NCBI GenBank assembly: GCA_030390025.1
Contig: CM059431.1
Span: 101,310,001 to 101,374,000 of the forward strand
DNA: 64,000 bases
Reading direction: 5' to 3'
Source: Squalus acanthias
Taxonomy: Eukaryota
Position 1 is the first letter of the stretch; the number at the start of each line of letters is the position of its first letter. Positions 12,802 to 25,805 of this stretch are shown in pieces. Under the pieces are notes generated by a model. That model was not told the DNA's origin. It saw only the letters and a program-made list of their open reading frames with translations, and did not search any database. A program made the position numbers and the translations under genes.

Positions 12802-13297
12802 TCAATTCCCAGATCCTGATGCAGACCCTTGGATTTGACTCACTGTGGCAGGAGTGCTGTTGTTTTCAGAGTTGATCTTCACGGAGCTGGGCAAAGACAA
12901 CGTGATGTGGCGTCTTAATATGCTCAAAACCTTCCTTTTGTAGCCCTTGAAGGCAAAGAAGTAGATAAGCGGATCGACGCAGCAGTTGAGGTTCATGAAG
13001 CAGACGGACACCTGCAGGGTCACCTTGAAGACCTGCTGCTGCCAACAGGTCTGTTGGGAGATAAGCTTCCGGATCATGTACTGGATGATGGTGATGTGAT
13101 AAGGAGTGAAGCAGATCAGAAATGCTATCAGAACAAGCAGAATCATGGTGATGGCCTTTTTGTTCATGTATGACTGTATGACCCAAAAAACAGGCACAGA
13201 GAAGTAGCTTGGCCAGGTTAGTATTTGTTTCAAAGTTTGGGTATTCCATGCGGATAAGCATGCCATTATTCTCTTTGGGCATTGCCATTAAAAAGAA
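12802..13297 (-). pseudogene. GPR183-like paralog pseudogene fragment (ECL2 to C-terminus)
   Basis: One frame gives FFLMAMPKENNGMLIRMEYPNFETNTNLAKLLLCACFLGH (ECL2/TM5), a second gives MNKKAITMILLVLIAFLICFTPYH...NCCVDPLIYFFAFKGYKRK...stop. TM1-TM4 absent, about 30 codons of TM5/ICL3 deleted with frameshift, ECL2 Cys replaced by Arg. Confidence 0.88.
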
Positions 13298-15039
13298 ATG
13301 CCCAATATCTATCAAAGGCTCAGGTGGTGTGCACTTCCGTTCAGTGGAAATGTGAGGTAGTGTGATTTCCTGAGACGGTTGAAAGTCAAGATAAAAAAGA
13401 CCTTAGAAACTGAAGAATTGGTCTATCCACATGTTAAACAAAATTAAATTGTCTGTGCCCACGCAGGCAACTCACTAACTCTCAACATAATTCCAACTTC
13501 ACCTGAAAGCAATAAGAATTTCATTTACAATCACGGCAGCATGTGGTATTGTCACTTTTTACTATTTTTTTTGATGCGAAAAAAAAGTAAGAACATAAGA
13601 ATTAGGAGCAGGAATATGCCATACGTCCCTTCGAGCCTGCTCCACCATTCATGGCTGATCTTCGACCTCAACTCCACTTTCCCGCCCGATCCCCATATCC
13701 CTTGATTCCCCAAGAGTCCAAAAATCTATCTTTTTCAGCCTTGAATATACTCAACGACTCAGCAACCACAGCCCTCTGGGGTAGAGAATTCCAAAGATTC
13801 ACAACCCTCTGAGTGAAGAAATTCCTCCGCATCTCAGTTTTATATGGCCTACCCCTTATCCTGAGACTATGCCCCCTAGTTCCAGACTCTCCAGCCAGGG
13901 GAAACCAACCTCTCAGCATCTACCCTGTCAATCCCCCTCAGAATCTTGTATGTTTCAATAATTTCACCTCTCATTCTTCCAAACTCCAGATAGTAAACGC
14001 CCAATCGACTCAATTTCTCCTCATAGGACAACACTCTGATCCTAGGGATCAATCTAGTGAAGTCTAGCCAAGTGATTTTTATTGAATGTACTCTGCCACT
14101 TTATGATGAAACAAAGATTCCAGGAAATCGTGCTACCATTTTGGTACACTTCAGCTCCAGGTGAGCTTCAATGCATTCAACAAAGTCGCTCTAGCCCACT
14201 GCCAAGTCAAGGAATTGCCTTGAAGGTGCCCGTCATGGCAAACAGTCAACCATTGTTTTTTAATGAATCAGCCCAGTTTTCAATATGAAATGGGAGAATA
14301 CTTGGAATAAAGTACTACTTAATAACGATCTTGTCTCATACCTCATCTCAGCAACCTCCACTAGCATTATACCTACACTGCCCCCCCGACACCCTTTGAT
14401 CCTCTGATTCTGGCCATTTTTGCAGAACCTCCCCTGTTGGTATGGAGGTATTTGAACACAAGGATGAGAATTTTAAATTTGAGGTGTTGCTGGACCAGGA
14501 CCCAACGTGGATCAGCGAGCACAGGAGTGATGGGTGAACGGGACTTGGTGCGAGTTAGTACATGGGCAGCAGAGCTTCGGATGAGCTGAAGTTTACGGAG
14601 GGTGGAAGATGGGAGGCTGGCCAGGGGAGAATTAAAATCATTGAGTCTGGAGGTAATAAAAGCACACAGAGAGCCCTGATAAATGAAAAGACATCTGAAA
14701 GGTTCCATGTGAAAGTATACTGTTCAAAAATGAACCAGGAACTGGAAACATGCAATTTCCTTCCAATGTTGTCCCGTCTTTTCTTTGTCTCCTGAAATTG
14801 CTGGGAAATGACTCCATAGGTGTTGGCAGTTCTCCAGGAGCTTGACTAAGTGGTCATTCTATACAACTTTGAGTTACATCATCACCTTTAATCTTGTTCC
14901 AGTCTGTTCGTCACTTTCCACTGGACCCAAGACATGATTCCAAGTTATCCTGCAAGGGACCATGGAACAGCTGCTGGATCTAACACCAGCAGTGGCTTTA
15001 ACTCGGTTATGATCGTTTTATTAAGCTACCTAGGCTTCC

Positions 15040-16555
15040 ACATGCTGAAGACTTGTGCTCCAGAACTAGCTGCGCCTCTAGCCAAGCTGTTTCAGTACAG
15101 CTACAAAACTGGCATCTATCCGACAATGTGGAAAACTGCCCAGGTATGTCCTGTCCACAAAAAGCAGGACAAATCCAATCCAGCCAATTGCCACCCCATC
15201 AGTGTACTCTCAATCATCAGCAAAATGATGGAAGGTGTCATCGACAGTGCTATCAAGCGGCACTTACTCACCAATAACCTGCTCACTGATGCCCAGTTTG
15301 GGTTCCGCCAAGACCACTTGGCTCCCGACCTCATTACAGCCTTGGTCCAAACATGGACAAAGGAGCTGAATTCCAGAGGTGAGGTGAGAGTGACTGCCCT
15401 TTACATCAAGGCAGCATTTGACCGAGTGTGGCATGAAGGAGCCCTAGTAAAGCTGAAGTCAATGGGAATCGGGGGGAAGACTCTCCACTGGCTGGAGTCA
15501 TACCCAGCAGAAAGGAAGATGGTTGTGGTGATTGAAGGTCAATCACCACATCCCCAGGACATCGCTGCAGGAGTTCCTCAGGGCAGTGTCCTAGGCCCAA
15601 CCATCTTCAGCTGCTTCATCAATGACCTTTCCTCCATCATAAGGTGATAAATGGGGATGTTCGCTGACGACTGCACAGTGTTCAGCGCCATTCACAACTC
15701 TTCAGATAATGAAGCAGTCCATGACCGTATGCAACAAGACCTGGACGATGTTCAGGCTTGGGCCGATAAGTGGCAGGTAACATTCGCGCCACAGAAGTGC
15801 CAGGCAATGACTATCTCCAACAAGCGAGAGTCTAACCACCGCCTCTTGACATTCAATGGCATAACCATCGCCGAATCCCCCACCATCAACATCCTGGGGG
15901 TCACCATTGACCAGAAACTTAACTGGACCAGCCACATAAATACTGTGGCAACAACAGCAGGTCAGAGGCTAGGTATTCTGCGGTGAATGTCTCACCTCCT
16001 GACTCCCCAAAGCCTTTCCACCATCTACAAGGCACAAGTAAGGAGTGTGATGGAATACTCTCCACTTGCCTGGATGAGTGCAGCTCCAACAACACTCAAG
16101 AAGCTCGACACCATCCAGGACAAAGCAGCCCGCTTGATTGGCACCCCATCCACCACCTTAAACATTCACTTCCCTCCACCACCGGCGTACCGTGGCTGCA
16201 GTGTGTATCTACAAGATGCACCGCAGCAACTCGCCAAGGCTTCTGCGGCAGCACCTCCCAAACCCGCGACCTCTACCACCTTGAAGGACAAGGGCAGCAG
16301 GCGCATGGGAACACCACCACCTCCAAGTTCCCATCCAAGTCACACATCATCCTGACTTAGAAGTATATCGCCGATCCTTCATCGTCGCTGGGTCAAAACC
16401 ATGGAACTCCCTCCCTAACAGCACTGTGGGAGCACCTTCACCAAACGGACTGCAGTGGTTCAAAAAGGCAGCTCACCACCACCTTCTCAAGGGCAACTAG
16501 GGATGGGCAATAAATGCTGGCCTTGCCAGCGACGCCCACATCGCATAAAAACTAA
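15040..16555 (+). mobile_element. Second CR1/L2-group LINE family (family B), 5'-truncated
   Basis: LKTCAPELAAPLAKLFQ, QFGFRQ, GVPQGSVLGP, MFADDC, IYKAQVRSVMEYS; tail aagggcaactagggatgggcaataaatgctggccttgccagcgacgcccacatc. Confidence 0.92.
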
Positions 16556-16662
16556 TAATAATGCTTAGGTTTAACTATTTTTGAGTTCCAGAAGTGATAG
16601 CTGACTATGAACAGTACGTCAGCCTCAGTTGTCTTAAACAGGATTATGTTCCCATCTTTAGG

Positions 16663-16990
16663 TATCAGCCGTGGCTCAGTGGGTAGCACACTCGCCTCAA
16701 AGTCAGTAGATTGTGGTTTCAAGTACCACTCCAGAGAATTGAGCCCATAATCCAGGCTGTCCTGGTCATTATTTATCCCTCAATCAACATCACAAAAACA
16801 GATTATCTGGTCATTATCACTTGCTGTTTGTGGGACCTTGCTGTCCGCAAATTGGCTGCCACGTTTCCTACATTTAACAGTGACCACACTTCAAAAGTAC
16901 TTCATTGGCTGTAATGCGCTATGGGACATCCTGCAAAGCACTTTGGGAGGTCCTGAAGTTGTGAAAAGCGCTATAGAAATGCACGTCATT
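16663..16990 (+). mobile_element. Deu-SINE, internally deleted
   Basis: Head and tail present, core missing at ~16758. Confidence 0.83.
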
Positions 16991-18089
16991 TTTTTTTAAG
17001 TGTACAGTTTGTTTCCAAGAAAAAGAATTACTGCATTCTTTTCAACCTTTTTCCAACAGTTCTTAGCATAGAAGATAGGAGCAGGAGTAGGCCATTTGGC
17101 CCCTCGAGCCTGTTCCGCCATTTAATGAGATCATGGCTGATCATCCAAATTCAGTACTCTGTCCCTGCTTTCTCCCCATATCCCTTGATCCCTTTAGCCT
17201 TAAGAAATATATCTATCTCCTTCTTGAATATATTTAATGAATTGGCCTCTACTGCCTTCTGTGGTAGAGAACTCCACAGGTTCACCACTCTCTGGGTGAA
17301 GAAATTCCTCCTCATCTCAGTCCTAAATGGCTTACCTCTTATCCTTAAACTGTGACCCCTGGTTCTGGACTCCCCCACCATCGGGAACATCCTTCCTGCA
17401 TCTAGTCTGTCTAGTCCTGTTAGAATTTAATAAGTTGCAATGAGATCCCCTCTCATTCTTCGAAACTCTGGCGAACATAAGCCTAATTGACCCAATCTCT
17501 CTTCATACGTCATTCCTGCCATCCCAGGTATCAGTCTGGTAAATCTTCGCTGCACTCCCTCCATGGCCCAAAGATAGCATCAGATGTTTTTTTAAGTTTT
17601 GCTTGAATGCTAATTCTCTACAGGACACTTTTTTAATAAAAATTGAAAAGTGTTTGCAAATATCACATGTTGCACATTTAGACACCAGCAGCAATCTGCC
17701 TACCTTTGTAAAAGACTTTCTGCATCCAGTGCAGAGTCGGAACAGGTTGGAAAAGTTTCAGTTCTTTAAAATAAAATAATGAACTGTACTGCTAAATCAG
17801 CAGGGCACAAGTCTGAGGATATCATGCTGAAATTCGACAGCGCTCTGCTCAGATTGCACCCTGGATTTCTGTGTCCAATTCTGGCCACCCAGACACTCAA
17901 ATCACTGGAGGCAGTGCAGAAAAGAGGCACGGGGCTGATTCCTTGTGCCTAGGATCGAGGCAGAAGGAAAAACAGAAGAGAGTTTCAGCCTTGAAAGGAG
18001 GTGAGTGAGACGGAATGTAATAAAGAGATATAAGATAGTAAACAGTTCAGAAAAGGTAAATCAGGAATACTATTTCAAATTCAGAAAGG

Positions 18090-18548
18090 AAAAGAAAGAA
18101 CTCAGCATCTTTCACAGGACGTCCCAAAGCGCTTTACAGCCAATGAAGTACTTTTGAAGTGTAGTCACTGTTGTAATGCAGGAAACTTGGCAACCAATTT
18201 GCGCACAGCAAGCTTCCACAAACAGCAATGAGATAATGACCAGATAATCTGTGGGTTTTTTTTTAGTGGTGTTCGTTGAGGGATAAATATTGGCCAGGAC
18301 ACCAGGGAGAAGTCCCCTGCTCTTCTTCAAAATAGTGCCATGGGATCTTTAATGTCCACCTGAGAGAGCAGACGGGGCCCTGGTTTATAGTCTCATCCGA
18401 AAGACGGCACCTCCGACAGTGCAGCGCTCCCTCAGCACTGCATTGGGAGTGTCGGCCTGGATTTTTGTGCTCAAGTCACTGGAGTGGGGACTCGAACCCA
18501 CAACCTTCTGACTCACAGGCAAGAGTGCTGCCCACTGAGCCACGGCTA
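18090..18548 (-). mobile_element. Deu-SINE
   Basis: Same family. Confidence 0.87.
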
Positions 18549-18854
18549 AACCATGAAAGTAAGAAAAGGGGGATACTGGTTGAAACTTGGGATTGCCAGC
18601 AAGAGGTTCTTCTTCGCATGAAGAGTGATCAAAACATGGAGTTGACTCGGGGTACAGTAGTCGAGGTGAATATTTTTGAGAGGCAGTGGATGTTGCAATG
18701 GAGGGATTGTAGATTTACTTAGATACATGTATGTTGGGTCAAATGATCTTCTACGTTCAAATTTATCTTATGATCAAACTACAAATGTGTAGTCTTTTTA
18801 CAATACTTACTTCTCAAACAAAATAAGCAAACTTGTCCAATGATCAATGCACAT

Positions 18855-21158
18855 GCTGGGGAAGAGGTGGGCCAGGTCGACCAAGTGACTGTGGGAGAAC
18901 ACTTGGGTACGAGTGATCATCGTATCATAAGATTTAGATTAGCAATTGAGAGGAGCAAGGAACAATCTAGAGTGGAACTTCGAAACTGGAATAGGGTTAA
19001 CTTCAATGGAATGCGAAAGGATCTAGCCAGAGTTAAATGGAACCAAAGACTGACAGGAAAAACTGTAACGGAACAATGGGTGATCTTTGAGGAGGAGATG
19101 TTCCAAGTACAGGCTAGGTACATTCCAACAAGAGGGAAGGGTAAGGGAACCAAAGCAAGGGCTCCTTGGATGACGAGGGAGATAGAGAAGATGATGAAAC
19201 AAAAAAAGAGGGTGTATGATGAATGTCAAGTGAATTCTTCAAGGGAGAACCAGACCAAATACAATAAGTTGAGAGGGGAAGTGAAGATGAAAATAAGATT
19301 GGCAAAGAGAGAATATGAGAGTAGAATGACGGTTAACATAAAAGGGAACCCAAAAATCTTCTACCAGCATGTAAACATTAAGCGGGTAGTAAGAGGCGGG
19401 GTGGGGCCTATTAGGGACAAAGAAGGTGATATATGCTTAGACTCGCAGGGCAAGGCTAGAATGCTCAATGAGTACTTTGTATCGTGTTTACTAAGGAGGT
19501 GGATGCTGACAAAATATCAGTAGAAGTGGAAAAGGTAGAAGCAATGGAAGGGGTGAAAATTGATAGACAGGATGTACTAGAAAGGCTGGGAATGCTTAGA
19601 GTGGATAAGTCGCCTGGTCCAGATGGCTTGCATCCCAGGTTGCTAAGGGAATTGGGGGAGGAGAAAGTGGAAGGGCTTGCCATAATTTTACAATCTTCCC
19701 TAGATGCAGCGGAGGTGCCTGAGGATTGGAAAGTGGCAAATGTGACACCATTGTTCAAGAAAGGGTGTAAGGACAATCCTAGTAACTACAGGCCGGTCAG
19801 TTTAACATCAAGGGTGGGTAAAGTTTTATAAACAATAATCAAGGAAAAAATTAACGGGCACTTGGAGAGGTTTAAGCTAATTAAGAAGAGCCAACACGGA
19901 TTTGTAAAAGGCAGATCGTGTTTGACTAATCTAATTTAATTTTTTGATGAAGTAACAGGGAGGATTGATGAAGGGAATGCAATGGATGTTGTCTACATGG
20001 ATTTTCGGAAGGCGTTTGACAAAGTACCACATAGAAGGCTGGTTAACAAAATTGGAGCTCATGGAATAGGTGGGTCAGTGGCAGCTTGTATAAGGAACTG
20101 GCTTAAGGACAGATGTGGTAAATGGCTGTTTTTCAGACTGGTGGATGGTAGACAGTGGTGTTCCCCAAGGGTCAGTGCTGGGGCCACTGCTTTTTTTGAT
20201 ATACATAAATGACCTGGATATTGGAATACAGAGTAGAATTTCCAAATTTGCCGATGACACCAAACTTGGGGGTGTGGCAAACAGTGATAATGATATCAAT
20301 CGACTGCAACAGGACATAGAAAGGCTAGCAGAATGGGCAGACAAGTGGCAGATGGAATTTAATACAGAGAAGTGTGAGGTGATGCATTTTGGCAGAAGGA
20401 ATAGGGAGAGGCAATATACACTTAATGGCACAGTTTTAAAGAGTGTGCAGGGACAGAGGGACCTGGGAGTTAATGTGCATAGGTCCCTTAAGGTGGCGGG
20501 ACATATTGAGAGAGTGGTTAACAAAGCATATGGGATCTTGGGTTTTATAAATAGAGGTATTAAGTACAAAAGTAGAGAAGTTATGCTAAACCATTATAAA
20601 GCGCTGGTTAGGCCACAACTGGAGTATTGCGTCCAGTTCTGGTCACCACACTTTAGGAAGGATGTGAAGGTGCTTGAGAGGGTGCAGAGGAGACTGGTTC
20701 CGGGATGGGAGATCTTTGCTACAAGGACAGGTTGGAGAAGCTGGATTTGTTTTCATTAGAGCAAAGGAGGTTGAGGGGTGATTTGATAGAGGTGTACAAG
20801 ATTATGACAGGTTTGGATAGGCTAGACGGGGAAAGGCTGTTCCCACTAGTTGATGGTACAAGGACTAGGGGACACAGATTTAAGGTTTTGGGCAAGAGAT
20901 GCAGGGGGGACGTGAGGAAAAACTTTTTTACGCAGCGAGTGGTGATGACCTGGAACTCGCTGCCAACGGAAGTGGTGGAAGCGGAGACACTCAATGTTTT
21001 CAAGGGGAGACTGGATAGGCACTTGAGGGAAATAAACTTGCAGGGCTACGGGGATAGAGCGGGGGAATGGGACTGACTGGATTGCTCTACAGAGAGCTGG
21101 CACGGACTCGATGGGCCGAATGGCCTCCTTCTATGCCATTATGACTCTATGACTATGA
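18855..21158 (+). mobile_element. CR1 LINE ORF2 fragment (endonuclease end to 3' tail), disrupted
   Basis: HLGTSDH, KSPGPDGLHPRLL, WKVANVTPLFKKG, GVPQGSVLGP, KFADDTK across several frames; tail atgactctatgactatga. Confidence 0.95.
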
Positions 21159-21332
21159 GAGTGAACTATGTATAAATGAAACAAGGAAATGGTTTTACTG
21201 AAACAGTAAGGAATGACCACATGCTTCCTGCTTGCAAAACTCTTAAAGGGCAGGTTTCTCTCTAAATTTCTCCATACACAGTTCACTTCACTCTTAGTGT
21301 GCAGACTATAACTGAAAGGAACAGTGTTTTAA

Positions 21333-21786
21333 AGCTGTGGCTCAGTGAGTAGCACTCTGGCCTCTGAATGAGAAGGTTGTGGGTTCAAGTCCCACTCCAG
21401 AGACTTGAGCACAAAAATCTAGGCTGACACTCCCAGTGCAGTACTGAGGGAGCGCCGCACTGTCAGAGATGTCATCTTTCAGATGAGATGTTAAACCGAG
21501 GCCCTGTCTGCTCTCTCAGGTGGACATAAAAGATCCCATGGTACTATTTCGAAGAAGAGCTGGGGAGTCCTGGCCAATATTTATCCCTCAACCAACACCT
21601 AAGAACAGAAATTCATGGTCATTATCACATTGCTGTTTGTTGGAGCTTGCTGAGTGCAAATTGACTACCGCATTTCCTACATTACAACAGTCACCACACT
21701 TTAAAAATACTTCATTGGCTGTAAAGCGCTTTGGAACTTCCTGAGGTCGTGAAAGGCGCTATATAAATGCAAGACTTTCTTTCTTT
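21333..21786 (+). mobile_element. Deu-SINE
   Basis: Same family. Confidence 0.87.
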
Positions 21787-22674
21787 CCAATCTCAGGCTA
21801 GTTACGATATTGGTTGTATTTATAAATAGAAAAAGATGCTTTTTGTTTTGAGTGTCCTCACTTGATTTCTTTGTGGGAGTACAGCAAGAGCGAAAGTATG
21901 TATCTTACATATGCTAACAACCAATCACAGGCCAACTGGAAGTAGTGGCAGCAGCAGCTCTTTAACAGCTGCTGCTCTGCCAGATATCCCTCCCCTGGGA
22001 TAACCTCTACGCCAGAACCAACAAAATCAGCTCTAATATTATGATATTTTATCTGATTACTACAGTGCATGCCTGATACAACAACTTGCATTTATATAGC
22101 GCCTTTAATGTCGTAAAACGTCCCAAGGCGCTTCACAGGAGTGTTATTAGACAAAATTTGACACTGAGCCACATAAGGAGATATTAGGACAGGTGACCAA
22201 AAGCTTGGTCAAAGATGGAGGTTTTAAGGAGCGTCTTAAAGGAGGAGAGCGAGAGAGAGGTAGAGAGGCGGAGACGTTCATGGAGTGTGCTAAAAACTGT
22301 GGGCTGCAGAGATGCCACAAGGTCTAGGAACCAATACAATCAATGCAAACAGGAAACCTAATGCAGGTTAATATTTTCACACTTAAAGATTATAAATGTA
22401 TTCTATATGCATCCGTTGTCTAATAAATCAACCGCTTTATAAAACTAGGTCAGGTGTTGATCAGGCGATTAAGCATCAGAGTGCTGCACTGTCTTCCTCC
22501 CAAGCGGAAAGGCAAGTGCAAGCTGATGATTTTTCACACATCTACAACAACAAAATACTAAGTTAAAAGAGATAGTATTCCATGACAAAGGTCATCAAAT
22601 ATTTACCTATAGAGCAGCTTCAACTCCCCGAGATACTCCAGTCCTTGTCATCCTTAATGCAAAAGTCTATTGTG

Positions 22675-23135
22675 TGTCAGCCGTGGTTCAGTGGGCAGCA
22701 CTCTCGCCTCTGAGTCAGAAGGTCGTGGGTTCAAGTCCCACTCCAGAGACTTGAGCACAAAAATCTAGGCTCACACTCCAGTGCAGCACTGAGGGAGTGC
22801 TGCACTGTCGGAGGTGCCATCTTTCGGCTGAGACGTAAACCGAGGTCCCATCTGTCCTCTCAGGTGGACGTAAAAGATCCTATGGCACAATTTCAAAGAA
22901 GAGCAGGGGAGTTACCCCTGGACAATATTTATCACTGAACCAGCACCAATTAAAAAAAAGAGATTATCTGATCACTATCTAACTGCTGTTTGTGGGAGCT
23001 CGCAGTGCACAATTTGTAAGCTGCGTTTCCTACATTACAACAGTGACTACAATTCAAAAGTACTTCACTAGCTGTAAAGCGCTTTTGAACAGCCTGAGGT
23101 CATAAAAGAGGGTATATAAATGCAAGTTCTTTCTT
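22675..23135 (+). mobile_element. Deu-domain tRNA-SINE (SacSINE1/AmnSINE1-like), full length
   Basis: tRNA head (gtggttcagtgg, ggttcaagtcc), Deu core ggaggtgccatctttcggctgagacgtaaaccgagg...aaagatcc, L2-like tail tatataaatgcaag. Confidence 0.88.
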
Positions 23136-24289
23136 TCACTCTATTTCCCTTCTCTGATATTAAGGATATCATGTCAAGGGAGACAGAGTAACTAGTAAAT
23201 GGAGCTACATGTTCCACTAATCCCCAGAACTGGTCTACATGTGTTAAACCACAGCGATACATTTTTTAAAGTGTGCTCGGGTATCCTCCTCTATTAGATT
23301 ATGAACAGAAGGAGATATTAATTAACTTTGATATTAGAGAGGGCCACCTGTATTTATAAAGTCAAAGTTAATTAATATATCGATTGAGATATCCGGTTCG
23401 ATCCGTGCATTACCAGATCCATGATGTTGCGCTACTTTCTCGTTGCTTGAATGGCTACTGATAACCTCATGACAATTTGCCAGGAGGTCACAAGCCAATA
23501 CTAACTCACAACCTGCAGGTCTTCCCCACAGTTCAAACCCTGCAAGGATTTTTGACATTGCCAATTTTATTCACTTTTATTGAACTTACCCTTAAGTTGC
23601 ATTTCACAAGCTAAATTCAGTTCCCCAAGACACTTCTCCCAATTGTCATAGCTCTGTAGATCTGGCTTGAATTAAGTTTCTACTCAATTTTTTTAAGAGG
23701 CACTGGAGCAGATGCAAAAAAGATTCACAAGGATGATACCAGAACTGAGAGGTTATAGCTATCAGGAAAGACTGAACAGGCTGGGGCTCTTCTCTCTAGA
23801 AAAGAGAAGGCTGAGGGGTGACCTGATTGAGGTCTTTAAAATTATGAAAGGGTTTGATAGGGTAGACTTAGAGAAGATGTTTCCACTTGTGGGGGAGACC
23901 AGAACTAGAGGCCATCAATATAAGATGGTCACTAATAAATCCAATAGGGAATTCAGAAGAAACTTCTTTCCCCAGAGAGTGGTGAGAATGTGGAACTCAC
24001 TACCACAGGGAGTGGTTGAGGGGAATCTAGATAAACACATGAGGGAGAAAGAAGGAGAAGGCTATGCTGATCGGGTTAGATGAAGTAGGGTGGGAGGAGG
24101 CTCGTGTGGAGCATAAACACCAGCACAGACCTGTTGGGCAGAATGGCCTGTTTCTATGCTGTAAATTCCATGCAATTCTATGTAATTTTTCAAGCTGGGA
24201 TGATTTATTCATCTTTAATGTATAATGTTTGTCGCTTTAAGTTCAACACCTTGCTTCGGCAACTGACCCCAGAAATACCAAAATTTTTT

Positions 24290-24686
24290 TTTAATTCATT
24301 CACAGGGATGTGGGCGTTACTGGCAAAGCCAGCATTTACTGCCCATCCCTAATTGCCTCGAGAAGGTGGTGGTGAGCCATCATTTCAGAGGGCAGTTAAG
24401 AGTCAACCACGTTGCTGTGGGTCTGGAGTCACATATCGGCCAGACCGGGTAAGGACAGCAGATTTCCTTCCCTAGAGGACATTAGTGAACCAGATGGGTT
24501 TTTACAATAGTTTCATGGTCACCATTACTGACACTAGCATTTTTTATTTTAAATTCCAGATTTATTTTATTAACTGAATTTAAATTCCCCAGCTGCCGTG
24601 GTGGGATTTGAACTCACGTCTCTGGATCACTAGTCCAGGCCTCTGGATTACTAGCCCAGTAACATAACCACTGTGCTACCGTTCCC
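24290..24686 (-). mobile_element. SINE family 2
   Basis: Reverse complement of 9012-9603 without the nested palindrome. Confidence 0.85.
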
Positions 24687-25124
24687 CACATAAACATAAT
24701 TTTATATTGATTTTATTTCTATTTCATTGTCGATCGCCAGCCACAATGTTCCGCTCGCTGGCCCCAATACTGTTGCCTCCTGTCCCCATTCGCACCCAAC
24801 TGCAATCACTGTAGAATCTGAAAAACATATCTGCAAGGCAGCTATGGCGATGCCACTGTCAGCAACCAGCACCTGAGGTTAAAGGTTACCTGGCAACATC
24901 TGGATCAGATATAGTAGACTTTTCAACCTCATCATGACGTGATTAAGAAACCAAAAAGGTCAACAACCATGTTGGCCTCCCCATTTTCTGAGTACTATGA
25001 GACACTTCATAAGCAAATGGTAATTGTTATAGGGAGTGCCTATTTCCCTGAAATTGTAGCAGTTAGAATTTTGTAAGATTATTCGTGTTTACAATGAACA
25101 AGCATTTGTCTTTTAACTTACTGG

Positions 25125-25805
25125 ATTCCATAGAACCCTACAGCTCAGAAGGAGGCCATTGGGCCCATCGTCCCTGTGCTGGCTCTCTCAAAGAGCTATC
25201 CAATTAGTCCCACTCCTGGCCCTGCTCTTTTCCTATAGCCCTGTAAATTCTTCCTTTTCAAATGTATTCCCTTTTAAAAGTTACTATTGAATCTGCTTCC
25301 ACCGCCCTTTCAGGCAGCGCGTTCCAGATCACAACAACTCACTGCATAAAAAAAAATTCTCTTCACCTCCCCATAGGTTCTTTTGCCAACTACCTTAAAT
25401 CTGTGTCCTTTGGTTACCGACTCTCCTGCCAGTGGAAACAGTTTCTCCTTCCTTACTCTGTCAAAACCCTTCAAGATTTTGAACACCTCTGTTAAATTTC
25501 CCCTTAACCGTCTCTGCTCCAAGGAGAACAGTCCCAACTTCTCTAGCCTTTCCATATCACTGAAGTCCCTCATCCCTGGCACCATTCTAATAAATCTCCT
25601 CTGCACCCTCTCCAAGGCCTTGACATCCTTCCTAAAGTGTGGTGCCCAGAATTGGACACAATACTCCAGCTGAGGCCTAACCAGTGATTTATAAAGGTTG
25701 AGCATAACTTCCTTGCTTTTGTACTCTCTGCCTCTATTTATAAAGCCAAGGATCCTGTATGCTTTTTTAACAGCTTTATCAACTTATCCTGCCACCTTCA
25801 AAGAT
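25125..25805 (-). mobile_element. CR1 3' fragment
   Basis: LYKSLVRPQLEYCVQFWAPHFRKD. Confidence 0.9.

Noticed and set aside
12802..13266. 154-aa ORF as a functional short GPCR or GPR18
   Set aside because: Motifs are GPR183-type; the first ~30 aa are out-of-frame read-through; no intron explains the deletion.
22675..22750. tRNA-like sequences with A/B boxes
   Set aside because: SINE heads followed by SINE body, not tRNA genes.
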